DNA of 64,000 bases, from assembly GCF_009914755.1 (NCBI RefSeq), contig NC_060936.1. One strand, written 5' to 3'. The DNA comes from the human T2T-CHM13v2.0 reference genome, Homo sapiens. The first letter of the stretch is position 1; each line of letters starts with the position of its first letter. The position numbers and the translations under genes were made by a program. The notes under the pieces are model-generated. The model had not been told where the DNA came from, did not search any database, and worked only from the letters and a program-made list of their open reading frames with translations. This document shows, piece by piece, positions 38,639-52,650 of the stretch.

Positions 38639-39171
38639 TGATGGGGCACAGGAACATCAAAATATGGCAGCCTGACATTTGAGAAAACTGCAGAAGTGGA
38701 ATGTCTCCCTCAACTTACCCTTCCCCCTCTCCCCTGAAGCAGGTCATAAAACCCAGGAAGGGCACTCTCTGACTTTCTTGGATCCTTCTTCTCTAAAGCA
38801 GGTCATAACATCCTCATTCAGGAAGTACCCTCCCTATACCCGGAAGAAAGGAACATCCTTATCTCTGAAGACACAGAAGAATCTGAACAAACAAACCTGC
38901 CTTACTAAGTTCCTCCAAGTTTATTCCCATTAGGTTATACCTCCTTTGTCCAATCATACTTCCCCATGACTGTCCATTCTTCAACAAAGTCAAGTGTAAA
39001 AATATACAGGTTTTCTTGTTTCTCTGGGTCTTCATTTCTGAAGGCTCTCATGTCACATAAGACTTATATTAGATAAACGTGTGCTTTTTCTTTGTTAATC
39101 AGCCTTTTCTTATAGGTGCCTCAGCCATGAACCTGGTGAAGAATGAGAAAAGAAATCTTTCTTCCCCTACA
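38639..39171 (+). mobile_element. ERV1-class (MER4-group, MER31-like) solo LTR
   Basis: TG...CA termini with a 4-bp TSD GAAG (38635-38638 and 39172-39175). GGGTCTTCATTTCTGAAGGCTC and the TTCCCCTACA end are typical of MER4-group LTRs. Confidence 0.75.
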
Positions 39172-39796
39172 GAAGTAAGTGAAAGTTCACTTACTTGGGG
39201 AATTGTGGGAAGAAAAAGATAGAGGTTTGGGAGGCAGTGGGGAGATGGGTATGTGGGATAAGACATTCAAGAATGGGGTGGAGGAGATTTGTTTCAGTTT
39301 AGGTGTGAGACTCTAGAAGGGAACTGGATTACTCTCTTCTCCCAGACAACTCTTGTACCAATTCATGTGGTGAGGTGTGGAGGAGACCCAGATGTGCCCA
39401 GGTACCTCTCCCAGCCCCAGGAGGGGTAGTGAAAGGGACTGGACAAGATCCAAACAAGCCTGCTTTAGAACCCAGCAAGACACGAGGAAGGTGACCTCCA
39501 GCAGCTGGTTGAAGGATGTGGCAGAGCTTGAGTGAGTAGCCAGGGAGAATCACCAGGCCATTGTGGAGATGCAAGGGGCCAGTCTGGCCCAGTCCAGCCC
39601 AGCCCAGCTTCTGCAGGAGACACTAACACTCCTCCAGATATTGGCTGCTCCATGAGGGTCACTCTCCAGGAGCAGCCCAGTCTAGGCATTTTGCTGCAAG
39701 GGATGCCATGTGGAATCAAGGACCTTTCCCTTCCTTGAACATCATCTTGGGGAAGAGAAGGAAGGAAGGAAGGAAGGAAGATCAGGCATCTGAAAG

Positions 39797-39888
39797 ACTG
39801 AATGACATTAGGCAAGTCACCTAAATGCACTGCAAGGATAACGCCAGCATATGGGCCCTGCCAGGCAGCTGAGGACATGGAGTGGCTT
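39797..39888. repeat. Left arm of a local inverted duplication
   Basis: Reverse complement of 40396-40461 (63/66 identical) joined to the reverse complement of 40483-40509 (26/27 identical). Confidence 0.92.
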
Positions 39889-40395
39889 TTATCCCAAAGA
39901 CATCACATTACTTAAGGACTCTGTTCAGATTTTGGGATGGCCTGTAATTTTAGAGTTGAACTAAAATCTCTAGTTCCCTCTTTCTGCTTGCAAGGGGAAT
40001 GGGGAATTTAGAGAGAGTAATTTATAAGAAAATACTGAAACTTCATTTTCTCTGGATTTATGAAGGTAGTGTAAGTGAATTGCAACCCTGCTACATATGA
40101 AATTGCTATCAAGAGGCAACTTCTTTTGGTCCTGTTACCTCTCCAGGGCCATTCCAATTATTTATAATAATTGCTCAGTATAATTATGTATGAAAAGGCC
40201 AGCAGGTCTGGAAATGGCTCCATGACTGCTCTGTCACCATGAACTAGTTCTCAGGCACCATCTGAAGTTTCTGAGATGAGGCCCTCCCCTGATTATCCCC
40301 GTGGTGTCTCCTTACCTGACCCTTTCTTCCTGATTCTGCTTGGTACCTGGGATTCCTCTGCTTTCCCCTATGACCTTGACATATGCCTGGTGGGG

Positions 40396-40509
40396 AAGCC
40401 ACGCCATGTCCTCAGCTGCCTGGCAGGGCCCTTATGCTGGCGTTATCCTTGCGGTGCATTTTTCAGATGGGGACAAGGAGGCTAGGTGACTTGCCTAATG
40501 TCATACAGT
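40396..40509. repeat. Right arm of a local inverted duplication (partly MIR-derived)
   Basis: Partner of the left arm. It contains the reverse MIR core TTTCAGATGGGGA..AGGTGACTTGCC. Confidence 0.92.
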
Positions 40510-41464
40510 TGGTGGCAAAGCCAAGGTTTGAACTCATGTCAGGTTTCATGGTCTCTGTGTCTAACTCTACCCTCTCCTTTGAATCCTGTACTCTTCCAGA
40601 TGCAGCTTTTCCTGCACCCATTTGGTTGGAAAGGAAGCTAGTACACTGACAACTTAGCACAATATTTCAACCGACATGGGTACATTTTGCTTTGATGCCA
40701 ACTTCATTGATATCTAATTTATTCACTGTTAAATTATATTATCCATTTTTTTATGATCAAAGTCTAAAATTCAGGGCAGGACTCTCAGGCAGTGGGTGGA
40801 ACTTGTTCAGATTGTGGCCACTCCAATGATGGATAAGTCCCTTGTTGTGATCACCAAATCCACGGAGGAAAGGTACAAGAATGAGCTTGTTCTCACAATG
40901 CTGAGCAGTTAAAGTAAATAACTCCAAATGAGGTGTTTTCTGTATACCTCTCCTTGCATTCTTGGCTTGACAGTCCCAAATGAGGAAGTGAGAAGGTGGT
41001 TTTTTTTTTTTAGTGTCCAAGAGCACTCCCTCCACAGCTTGATGGAAACCAAGTAGTGCTTTACAGAAGATCTTCAGATCCCCCTAATCCAAGAGTGTCA
41101 CATCCCAAACTGAAGAGTCCCTGACCAAATGGGCCTTCAGCTCATGGTTGTAAAAGACAATCCAAACTTTGTGAGGTTTCTCATACAGGACCCTGCCAAA
41201 TCCTTTCACACTATCCCTACAGATAGGAGGTTTAGTAAGAAGGGCCTGAGAGAGTGTGTGGGCCAAATGAGTCTGCTATTCTACCCCCACCCCTATTGTT
41301 GTTGCTTTCACTGGGTGCTGGTGTGTTTAGTGGGTCCCTGGCCATCACCATGTAATAGGGGCCTCTCAGGCTGGTCCTGCTGGGCTACTCCATGTCCAAA
41401 CATTTCCCTGTCTCCCCATTACCACCTTCTCTGAGTCTTTTTACCTATTTTGATGGATGGAAGC

Positions 41465-42183
<719 letters not shown>

Positions 42184-42227
42184 GATGTATATAGCTTAAA
42201 ACAATGGTTGTAAAAGAATTGTACTGG

Positions 42228-42712
<485 letters not shown>

Positions 42713-42786
42713 TACATAACTGGTTAGTGGTGAAGCTGGGATTTGAACTCAGGTAGTCTGCTCCAGATCATGAGCCCTTACCATTA

Positions 42787-44070
42787 TGTGATATGTCCCA
42801 AGGAAAAAAAACCAAACTGCTTTTCCTTCTATCATCGTCATTGCAGAATACTTCCCCTCTGGTCACCAAAATATGTAGGGATTTCTCCCCACCAGCCAGA
42901 ATCAGTTTTCCAGTGGACACCAGCTGGATGTTCTATAATTCAACTCTGACACTGTCTATCCAGAGTTAGCATCAGATCCAACAGCTTAGCCCCACAAGAC
43001 TGCCCCACACTTCAGATGCCAAGCACAAGTCCCAGGTTGTGACCTGTATTTCTGACCAACTGGCTTTATATAAATTGGGGGTTCTCACTGCCCTTTCCCT
43101 GGATTCGATTAGTTAACTAGAGTGACTCACAGAACTCGGGGAAAAACACTTATATTTACTTATTGTCTCAGTCTGTTAGGGCTGCTATAAAAGATACCTT
43201 AGATTGGGTAATTTATAAATAATAAACACTTTTTTTTTTACAGTTCTAGAGACTGGGAAGTTCAAGATCAAGGCACCAGCAGATTCAGTGTCTGGTGAGG
43301 GCTACTCTCTCCTTCCAACATGGCATTTTCTTGCTGCATCCTCACATGGTAGAAGGGGCTGAAAGGGCTGGGCACTCCCTTCATTTTCTTTTATAAGGGC
43401 ATTAATCCCATTCATAAGGGTACAACCCTCTTGACTTAATCACTTCACCAAAGATCCCACCTTTTAACACTATTACGTTAGAGTTTAAGTTCCAGCATAT
43501 GAATTTTGGAGGGACACATACATCCAAACCATAATACCTATTTATTATAAAGGATATTACAAAGGATACAGATGAACAGCCAGATGGAAGGGATGCACAG
43601 TGCAAAGTATGTGGGCAGGCATGTGGAGCTTCCATGCCCTCTCCAGGCACCTCCACATGCTCAGCATTCCAGAAGTTCTCCAAATCCCATCCTTTTGAGT
43701 TTTTATGGAGGCTTCATTATTTAGGCATGATTGATGACATCATTGGCCATTGGGGATAGACTCAACCTCAGTACCTCTCCCCTTCCAGGAAGTCACGGAG
43801 TGAGGCTGAAAGTTCCAACCCTCCAATCACATTGTTGGTTCCCCTAGCGACCAGCCTCCACCAACTGTTACCTCATTAGAACAGAAGATGCTCCTATCGC
43901 CCAAGAAATTCCAAGGGATTTTGGACCTCTGTGCCAGAAGCTCCTACCACTCAGGAAATTACAGAGGTCTTAGGAGATCTGTGTCAGGAACTGTGGTAGA
44001 GACCAAATATTAGCTCCAGAAATGGGGACAGAGACCAAATATATATTTCTTCTTGTATCACAATATTACA
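42787..44070 (-). mobile_element. MER21-like LTR split by a MaLR LTR
   Basis: CAGTGGACACCAGCTGG, TAGCATCAGATCC, GGCTGAAAGTTCCAACCCTC and GACCAAATATATATTTCTT are typical of reverse MER21. Confidence 0.75.
43164..43536 (-). mobile_element. MST/MLT1A-type MaLR solo LTR
   Basis: TGTCTCAGTCTGTT..GCTGCTATAA ... CAAACCATAATA, with a near-perfect 5-bp TSD CTTAT/CCTAT. Confidence 0.8.
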
Positions 44071-44589
44071 CTTCCTCTCTCTTGTTCTGACGCTGTTTTT
44101 CTTCTCTTGAGGACCGCTTTGTAACTTGAACTGATTGGGGTCCACTTTCTCCCCACTCCCTTCAATTTCAGTAGATCCACTTTAATCTCTTTGGGGTTTC
44201 CTAAAATACTTTATTTATTATTTTTAATAAAAAAATTAAAATTCATATTATATTTAATTGGCCAATCATAACGTATATCAAAGTACTTTATTTAAATAAA
44301 GGTTTCTATGGCTAAAATATTTGAAAAATGCTGGCATAACATATTATTTTGCCAGATAACATATTTGAATTAAAAATGTTTATAGTTCTCCAAACCTCAG
44401 TGACTTCTAGTACAACCTACAAAACATAACTTAGTGAGAGGTTAAGGCCAGTCTAGGCTGGACCTCCATGGGCTGAACTCTGAGGGCATTGCTAGACAGG
44501 CCCTTAGGTTTGCAGACTTGGAGCACCTTTTCCATCCCTACCCCAATCAAACAAATAAAATATATATTATTATGTAAGAATACATGTTT

Positions 44590-44850
44590 ATCTTCAAAAC
44601 CAGCAGCATAGCATCTTCAAATCTCTCTCTGCTTTTGCTGTCACATCACCTTCTCTCACTTTGACCCTCCTGCTTCCCTTTATAAACACTCCTGTCATGA
44701 CATTGATCCCACTTGGATAACCAGGACAATCTTTCCATCTCAAGATTCTTAATCACATCTGCAAAGTTTCTTTTGCCATGACAGGTAATATATTAACAGA
44801 TTCTAATAATTAGGCATGGACATTTTTGGGGACTGTTTTTTTTTTAGCTA
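44590..44850 (-). mobile_element. MLT1 (B/C-like) LTR fragment
   Basis: CTTAATCACATCTGCAAAG..TTTGCCATG..GGTAA. Confidence 0.6.
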
Positions 44851-45669
44851 TACAGGACTTACGCTAGGGTCTGGATAATAGATGGGAAGAAAGAAAGAAA
44901 GATATTGGACATGAAGGGAATGATTAAAGCAAGCTCAGAAAGTCATAAGTTGAAAAATATGAGCATACAGATGAGCTCCACCCGGTTACAATGGGAGGCT
45001 TGCTGTCTTCTTCACTTCCTCATCTCTATTCCTAAAACTTTACAATATATGTGGATGTGACTTCTATGTCTGCAAACAATAATTCATATAAAGTTTGAAG
45101 CAATGAGTTAATAAATTTGCTCAAAGCCATACAGCTTGTTCATAAGATTATAACACAAAGTTAATGGGGTGCTAAGCTGTTGCTTAGCTCGTAAGTCCCA
45201 CTAACAATGCTCATACTGCTTGTAGCATTATTTATGTACCTAGAACACAAATAAAAATGTAATTCTGAACAACTAAATACATATAAATACAGCAAGCTCC
45301 ATGCATCTCTTTTGATATACCTGTATTCCTCTATCATGTATTTGAAAATCTTCTCTATTTTCTTGTTTCTTCCTTTCTTTCTCTTTCCACGGTCCCAGCT
45401 TGAGTCCTAGGTTTTCTCCCTCACCCCAGGATTTAAACACGTCTGGGGCACTGCTGAGTCATGGAGCCAGAGCTGTCCGAGTCCATTTTTTTTTAACCAC
45501 TGTACGTACAGTCAGCATAGTGCCTGCCACCTGATGGGCCCCAATACTTGTTGAACAAATTAGGGAATGATCCTATTTGCAGCAGAAGCTGTGCAGTCCC
45601 ATGAGAAAGAACTCAACCCAAGGGAACAGGGAGTCAGGCACACAATTTTAGTGCAATATGAAAATTCCA

Positions 45670-45945
45670 GGCCAGGTGCAGTGGCTCACGGCTGTAATCC
45701 CAGCATTTGGGGAAGCTGAGGTGGGAAGATTGCTTGAGCCCAGGAGTTGGAGACCAGCCTGGGCAACATGGTGAAACCTGGTCTCTACAAAAAATAAAAA
45801 ATTAGCTGGGTGTGGTGGCATGTGTCTGTACTCCCAGGTACTTGGGAGGCTGTGGTGGGAGGATTGCTTGAGCCCAGGAAGTGGAGGCTGCAGTGAGCTC
45901 TAGCCTGGGTGACAGAGCAAGACCCTGTCTCAAAAAAAAAAAAAA
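45670..45945 (+). mobile_element. AluJ
   Basis: GATTGCTTGAGCCCAGG in both arms and GACCCTGTCTC; TSD AAAATTCCA; short deletion in the right arm. Confidence 0.92.
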
Positions 45946-47603
45946 AAAATTCCAGGCAAGGAGATCACTTGGAGTCCAGTTTTTGATCTGTCACTCAGTT
46001 TGCCCTCTGCCCCACTGTGAACTGTGTCCTTGGAAGGAGAAGCTGAAATTAGAATTCATTAAAGAATTTGGATGACACAGGAGCACCTGGGAACACTGCT
46101 TTGGAGACTGTGGTGTTAGACACTCAGCCCAAAGTGGCCACATCTTAATGTGGTAGGGATGCAGGTGGTGCTGCTGTGTTGGGGCACCATTGACCTAGCA
46201 TCATGCTTTGTAGCTTTGGCCTAGCAGGGTAGCATTAAGGTGCTGTAGTTTTGGCTAAGTGACTCTGAGGAGCACAGTGGGAGCCTGACACCAGCAACAA
46301 CCATAAGGCTCCTTCTATAAGTCTTGGGAGCCCCAGCTTCAGTTATTACTACATGGCTACTGGGAGGCCTGAGCTCTTGGGCACACACAGGACATCTCCA
46401 TGGCTCCTGGGAACAGTTGGGAAGACACCAAGGGGAAGTGAAGGGGCCACAATAGTGTGTGAAGGAAAAATCAGAGAAATACTGTTCACTTTAATGCGAT
46501 CTTCTTTTTACCTTTCAGACCAGGCTTGGGAAAACACAGGCAATGCATAAACAAGATAGGTATTGGATGTGCAAATAATATTTACTCATAATAGCAATAT
46601 AGGTAGATTAAATTTTATATATTATATATTAACATTAATATACACACATAAGCAGTATTATATATATTATAACCATCAGATATATGCCTGTGTATGTGTG
46701 TGTTGTGTGTAAACATTTGCATAAACAGAAATCAATTGGTGATTGGAGTTTTTATTGTCATCGATACTGATCATGTCGGTCACATGCAGAAAAATGTGAA
46801 AGCGGTAAAGGTCATTAAAAAGCAACAAATGGCCCAACCTAATTTGAATATGGTCAGGCTAATATCATAAAGCCCATTGCACTTGTGGAGAGCATAAAAA
46901 ATAGCACCAGAAGATATTGTAAGGCAGTCAGGTGTTTTTTTTTTATTGTTGCTTTTTCTTTCCTTTTTTTTTTTTCAGTAAGAAAGGATAGAAGAAAAAT
47001 AGTAAAAACTACATTGGGTGCCAGGATTTATTGTGTTTATTCAAAGTAAAGTTAACACTCTTAATGGCTCTAACTGTTTCTCTGAGCCTGAAAAGAAATA
47101 TATGATAACTTTTCACAGATGAGATGCCCAAAAGTATTATATTGGTTCCTTATTAAGAAGAAGTTAATAGAACCTTTAATATCAAGAATTACAGAATATC
47201 ATGAATGGTATTTCCATAGTTAATTCAGAAAAATGTGGCCTTTTGTTTTGTTTTGTTTTGTTTTTCTGTTTCTTTCCTAGTTTCCAGGGAAAGAAGTAAG
47301 AGTTTTAATTTTGAGGTGTGTTTTGGAGGGAGGATATTTGTCTGGCAGAGGGAAGACAACCCTGTCACTGTGTTTTGAATTTGGGAGGTCAGTGTGTTTA
47401 TGTGAGTGTGTGGATGTGTGTAACTATTTGTGACTGTAGGGTATTTGGAGATTTTATATCATAAAGGTAGAGGAGGAGAATGGCTTGTGTGTGGTTTGAT
47501 CCCCAAGAGTGTGAAGAGGAATGGAGGGCTGGAGATTCTGAGGGTGACAGAGACATGAGCCTTCTGGAGCAGGGCACCCAGATGTGGCAGAGCCTCGTGT
47601 AGT

Positions 47604-48215
47604 GTGTTAGTTTTCTATTGCTGCTTAGAATAGATTACCATAAACTTAATGACTTAAAGCAATACAAATTTGTTACCTTACAGTTCTTCTGTGTGCCAGA
47701 AGTCTAGCGGGCTCACCTGAGGCTCTCCAGGCTAAAATCAAGGTGTTGGCAGGCCTGCTTTCCTTTCTGGAGGCTCTCAGGGAGAATCTGTTTCCTTGTT
47801 CATTCATGTTGTTGGCAGAATTCAGTTCCTTGTGGTTGTAGGACTGAGGTCCCCAATTCCTTGTTGGCTGCCATCTAAAGGCTGTTAGCTTTCAGAGGCT
47901 GCCTGCATTCCTTGGCTCCTGGTTCTATGCCTCCATCTTCAAAGCCAGCAATGGCAGGGTGAGTCCCTCTCAGGTTTTGAATCTTTCCTGCCTCTTTTCC
48001 CACCTCACCTCTGACAAACTGTTCTGCCTTCGTCTTTCATTTTTAAGGGCTCATGTGAATACATTGGAGCTGCTGGGTAATCCAGGATAATCTCCCTATT
48101 TTAAGGTCTGCAACCTTAATTTTATCTGCAAAGACCCTTTTGCCATATAATGTAACATACACAGGAGTAACACCAGGGGGTAAAGATCTTGGGAGTCAAA
48201 ATTTTGCCTGCCACA
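47604..48215 (-). mobile_element. MLT1 (D/E-like) LTR
   Basis: TTAGTTTTCTATTGCTGC..TTACCATAAACTTA start, GCAGAATTCAGTTCCTTG internally and TTTTGCCTGCCACA end. Confidence 0.8.
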
Positions 48216-49824
48216 CATGGGAATTACTATTTGGGTTACTTTTTAGACCGAGGCCTTAAGAACCTCAGTGATCATCCCTTTGGCCAAACTTGGTACAGAG
48301 GGTACAAAGTTGTCAGTGGAGCTGGAGACTCTTGAATAAATCTCAAGGGCCTGGGAAGGAGTCACAGCAGTGGTGGCCTCATAAGCCCCAGGATTCTTCT
48401 GTGATCCAAAGATAGAGGATTTGGAAAAATGACTGGTATTGGACTTCTGGCCAAACTTGGAGAGCTGGGGTATGTAGCAGTTATGATGCTTTTAGCTACA
48501 AATAACAAAAGCTTGGGTTCAGCTGGCTTAATAATAATAACCTCTGTTATTGTAGACAACACAAAGTACAAAGGTCTGGAGGATGAAGAGTTGGTTAACC
48601 CTGTGGCTCAAAAATGCCACCAGAGACCTAGATTCTTCTCTCTTTCTTCTCTGCCATCTTCAACTGACTGGTCTTGTCTTCAGGCTATGGTCCCTTGTGG
48701 CTTTAAGTTGCTGCCTTGTTTTCACATCTAGAGATGCCTGTATCCAATGGAGAAGAGACCATCTCATTCTGTGTCTCCTTGAAAGACGGAAGGAAATGTT
48801 TCCCAGAAGCTTTCTGCTTTCCTGTGTGTCTCAGGCCAGAATTGTACCCCATCCTCCTTCTGACAGGGTGCTCTGTTGGGACTACTCAGGATTCACTCAC
48901 CTGGGCTAGAGCTGGGGTGGCAAATGATGGACATCTGAACAAAAATCAGGGCTCAGCTAGGGAGAACATTGGAATGGATGTTGTGCAGGCCACCAGTGGT
49001 GTCCCTGACAGGGAGAGGGTCAGATATAATTTGATTTGGGAAAATGAAGAAAAATAAATGTGACATTTATTACATTCTGTTTCCACACAGCATCAATGAT
49101 CACATTAATCTTACTGCCATGAGCAGGGAGACCTGGTCAGAGAGTTTAAGAGACTTGCTCAGAGCTACACAGCAGGTAAATGGAGGGTCATGGCTTGGAC
49201 CCAGGTTTTCTGACTTTTCCACTACCCTGAAATTGTGTTGTAATAATTGAATAGATCCTTTTTTAATACCAAAATTATACCATATTCTTCAACTATGCAT
49301 TTTGATTTCTGGCAAAAACATGCCTATTTCTAAACAACCTATTATAGTTTTGCCTAGGTCTTAAACAGATATCAAATTAATACATTGGAAGGAGATAAAT
49401 TTCTCCCTGCCTCAAACACTGTATATTCACATTAGGAGAGATGACTGCAGGAGAAGAGACAGTCAAGACATTTGTGGATCTTTAGTTTGGCATACAGTGG
49501 GACATTGATTTAAACTTCTCATTTTTTTTTCTCAAGAAAAAAAATTTAACAAGAAGAGGCAAAACTACTAAATTTAAAATTGCATTTAAAAATGCCATCC
49601 TCAAATAAACAAAAACAAAGCTGTAGGCAAATGGATTTTCTAAACACTTTGCCTCAAATCACATCTAGCTGAGAAGAAAATGGGAGAAGTTTTAGCATAA
49701 AATATAATTATTTGGGAGCCAATACGATGCAGAAAACAAAGGTTAAGTAAGAAAGGACATTCTGAGCCAGAATAGTAATAAGTAGAAGTAGCAAGTCAGT
49801 GTATTTCAGCAAGAATACATATGA

Positions 49825-49950
49825 TTTTTTTTTAAGGGACAGGCTCTCGCTATGTTGCTGAAGCTGGACTTGAACTCTGGGCTCAAGCGAGCCTCCTGCT
49901 TCAACCTCCTGAGTAGCTGGGACTACAGGCATGTGCCACTGCACCCAGCT
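49825..49950 (-). mobile_element. FLAM / Alu monomer
   Basis: A single ~125-bp arm: CTCGCTATGTTGC..GGCTCAAGCGAGCCTCC..CCACTGCACCCAGC. Confidence 0.85.
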
Positions 49951-50869
49951 CTTGTATGGAATTTTTATATGGAATGTGTAATACATAAACTATTCAAATC
50001 ACTGAATGCTTGTGAGGTATCCATTGCACCTGGAAATTAAACCAGGCTATCTCTTCATATAAAAGTGGAGAAAGCACTAAACAGGCTAAAGAAAATTACC
50101 TCTTTACCCTTGCCTCCTGTTTTCTGTTAGTCTTATATGAAGCTTTTAAGGGATAGTCAACTGCACAAAAGCAACATCTGCTTAGCAGATTTCCTTTAGT
50201 CCTGGAGCCCACCATTCCGTTCTATCTCACTGAACATGTTTATTGGAAAGTACGAGCAGATTCCAGTGGAAGCACAGATGCATTTATTTAACTCGCTGCT
50301 TGTTTCTTTGGAACTGCTCTTTTAAAATGGAGGCAAGAGTTTTGGGGCTGGTTACAATGAGTGGCAATGTCCACTTGTGGGAAATATTGAATGATGGATA
50401 ATGTAACAGCTGCAATGAGCATTTGGCAGAATGGAAAATGTTCTAGATTTAGCTCCCTTGCATGCATGTCCAGGGAATGATTAGCAGGTTGGCACGATAA
50501 GGTCAGTGTCATTTATCAGCCAAAACACTCTCCAAGGTCAGAAAGTTAACTTTTGATTGTCTGTTGTGTTTTTAAAGATCTGCTGGCACAGGTCTTTGGG
50601 TTTTCCTTTTGAAGGTCATTTTCTGAATTAATGGGTTTCTAACTGTGTCTATGGCTAGGAAAATGGATTTCAGGGAAAATCAAGAAGATTGTATTTTTTA
50701 AAAAGACATTTATTGATTAGGAATATATATAAATTGTTAAGATACCTTTCTTTTCCCATATTGGTAGCAACTATCAGGTTGCACATATATAATTGCCAAT
50801 AGTTGACAGTTTTTACCTTAAAGAAGGCAATTTTGTATGGTCCAACTGAATATATACTATATTTCAATT

Positions 50870-51690
50870 CAATCTAATACTTTAACAAATATTAAGTTCC
50901 TGCTGAGGTACTATGTTAAGTGTTGAAGCTATAAGGATGAACAAAATAGTCATGGGTCTTGTCTTCACAAAGCTTACAGTCTAGAAGTGGTGGCAGACAA
51001 ACCACTGCTTTGATAGCGGAAGGACAGTTACTGTGTGAATTCAGAGCGAGGGAAGCTAATCCATTTTAGAGTGGTCAAAAGAATCTTCCCAGAGGAATGA
51101 AAGCTAAGCTGAGCTTGAAGGATGAGGAAGAGTTAAATGGAAGAGTAGAACAGGGGCGAAGAGGCTTCTGGCAATAGGAACAGCAGTGTGAAGACAGGGA
51201 GGTAAGAGCAATAGAGCAGGGGTGTGTGACATGACGGGAGCTGAGCGACACTCAGAGTGGAGGGAGGCTGTGTAGACAGATGATGCTGGGAGGGAAGAAA
51301 GGCCCCATGGTGAAGAGAAGAATCTGGTAATTCTGTAATAAAATACTTACCTCTCTATTCTGAAGGCATCAAGGAACTACTGGACAAGGAGTGACGTGAT
51401 CGTGACGGTGTTGTATAAAAAGGGCCATGTGGTTGCTGTGTGGAGCATAGGTTGGAATCTGGGAAGTCACCTAGGAGGCTGTTCCTGGAATCCAGGCAAT
51501 AAAAGATGGTGGCCTGTACTGGGGCAGTGAGCATGGGGATGAAACATGGAAGACTCTGTGAGCTGCTTGGGAGGCAAATTGATGGGTCTTGGTGATTCCA
51601 CGGTCGGTGGGGAGGGGGCAGGAATGGGTGACAGAGAGATGGGAAGGAAGATTGCTCTCTGAATGTAGAACTGCTTCTGGGTCACTGGAA
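50870..51690 (-). mobile_element. L2 fragment
   Basis: AACAAATATT.., AGCTTACAGTCTAG, GAGCTTGAAGGATGAG and AGGAGGCTGTT..AATCCAGG are reverse L2 motifs. Confidence 0.7.
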
Positions 51691-52074
51691 TTTTCAGTGG
51701 CCACAGTGGTTTGACTTCTTAAATGACTCAGTGGACTCCAGTATCACAACTTGCCACCAGGTGCTGCTCTCTAACATCTGAATTCTAGCTTTAAAACTCT
51801 CTAGGAGGTTTTGGGCTATGTAATAATTATTAGATTTTAGCTTTAACAATTCCAAAATGTGTGCATGGAATTTATTTAACATGGAGGAATACCAGCAGAG
51901 TTTTGTTACTTAAAATCTGATGATAAAAGTTTCATTTTATAGTTCAATCCTATGGACATTGTAAGACTTTGGTCTTTAACTCAGTTCCGTGTTCCGCTTA
52001 GAGATGGTGTGGATTTGAATCCAGTAAAGCTAGAAAAGGGGTGAAACTGGTTCATTATTAGAAGACTGATTCTT

Positions 52075-52329
52075 TTTTTTTTTTGAGTTTTTACACAGCC
52101 TCTTTTGTATTCAATGTTGTTTATTGAGGAGTGAATGAGAGACTACTGCCAGACATGCCAATGACACTTCACATTCAAGAGCTGGAAGCTGGAAAGCTTC
52201 CCGACTAAGTCACTGTATAAGCCTTCTGGGAAAAAGAACCAAAGTGCCATCAAATATGCCATCTTCATGCTTGTTGTCTGTCATCAGTTTGTTTTAACTT
52301 TTGGGTCCACTGGTTTGCTGGGTAGTAGG
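52075..52329 (-). pseudogene. 5'-truncated processed retrocopy (255 nt) of an unidentified polyadenylated transcript 3' end
   Basis: Perfect 15-bp TSD AGAAGACTGATTCTT (52060-52074 and 52330-52344), poly(T) ending at 52084, and TTTATT (AATAAA on the minus strand) at 52120-52125. The body matches no repeat I recognise. Confidence 0.85.
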
Positions 52330-52449
52330 AGAAGACTGATTCTTCAAAAAAAAAAAGGGCCTGGATTTTCATTTGACAGACATCAGCTCAATTAGATCAG
52401 TGCTTTCAAGATGGCTCTTTCCTCTAGACTAGGAGGAAATGTGAAGAGA

Positions 52450-52650
52450 ACACTTATTTATTGAGTACCTATTTTTTTCACATACTTTAAATTTTAATTT
52501 AGTCCCCACACCAACCTTTTGAGGTAGATCTTTGTATCTCTATGTTATAGAAGAAGAAATCTAGGGCAAGGCAGATTAATTGACGTGCCCAAGGTTACAT
52601 AGCTGCCAAATAACACAACTGAGGCTTGATTTTAAAGCATACTTTTGCCT
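52450..52650 (-). mobile_element. MIR
   Basis: ATTTATTGAGTACCTA..TGAGGTAG..GCCCAAGGTTACATAGC. Confidence 0.7.
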
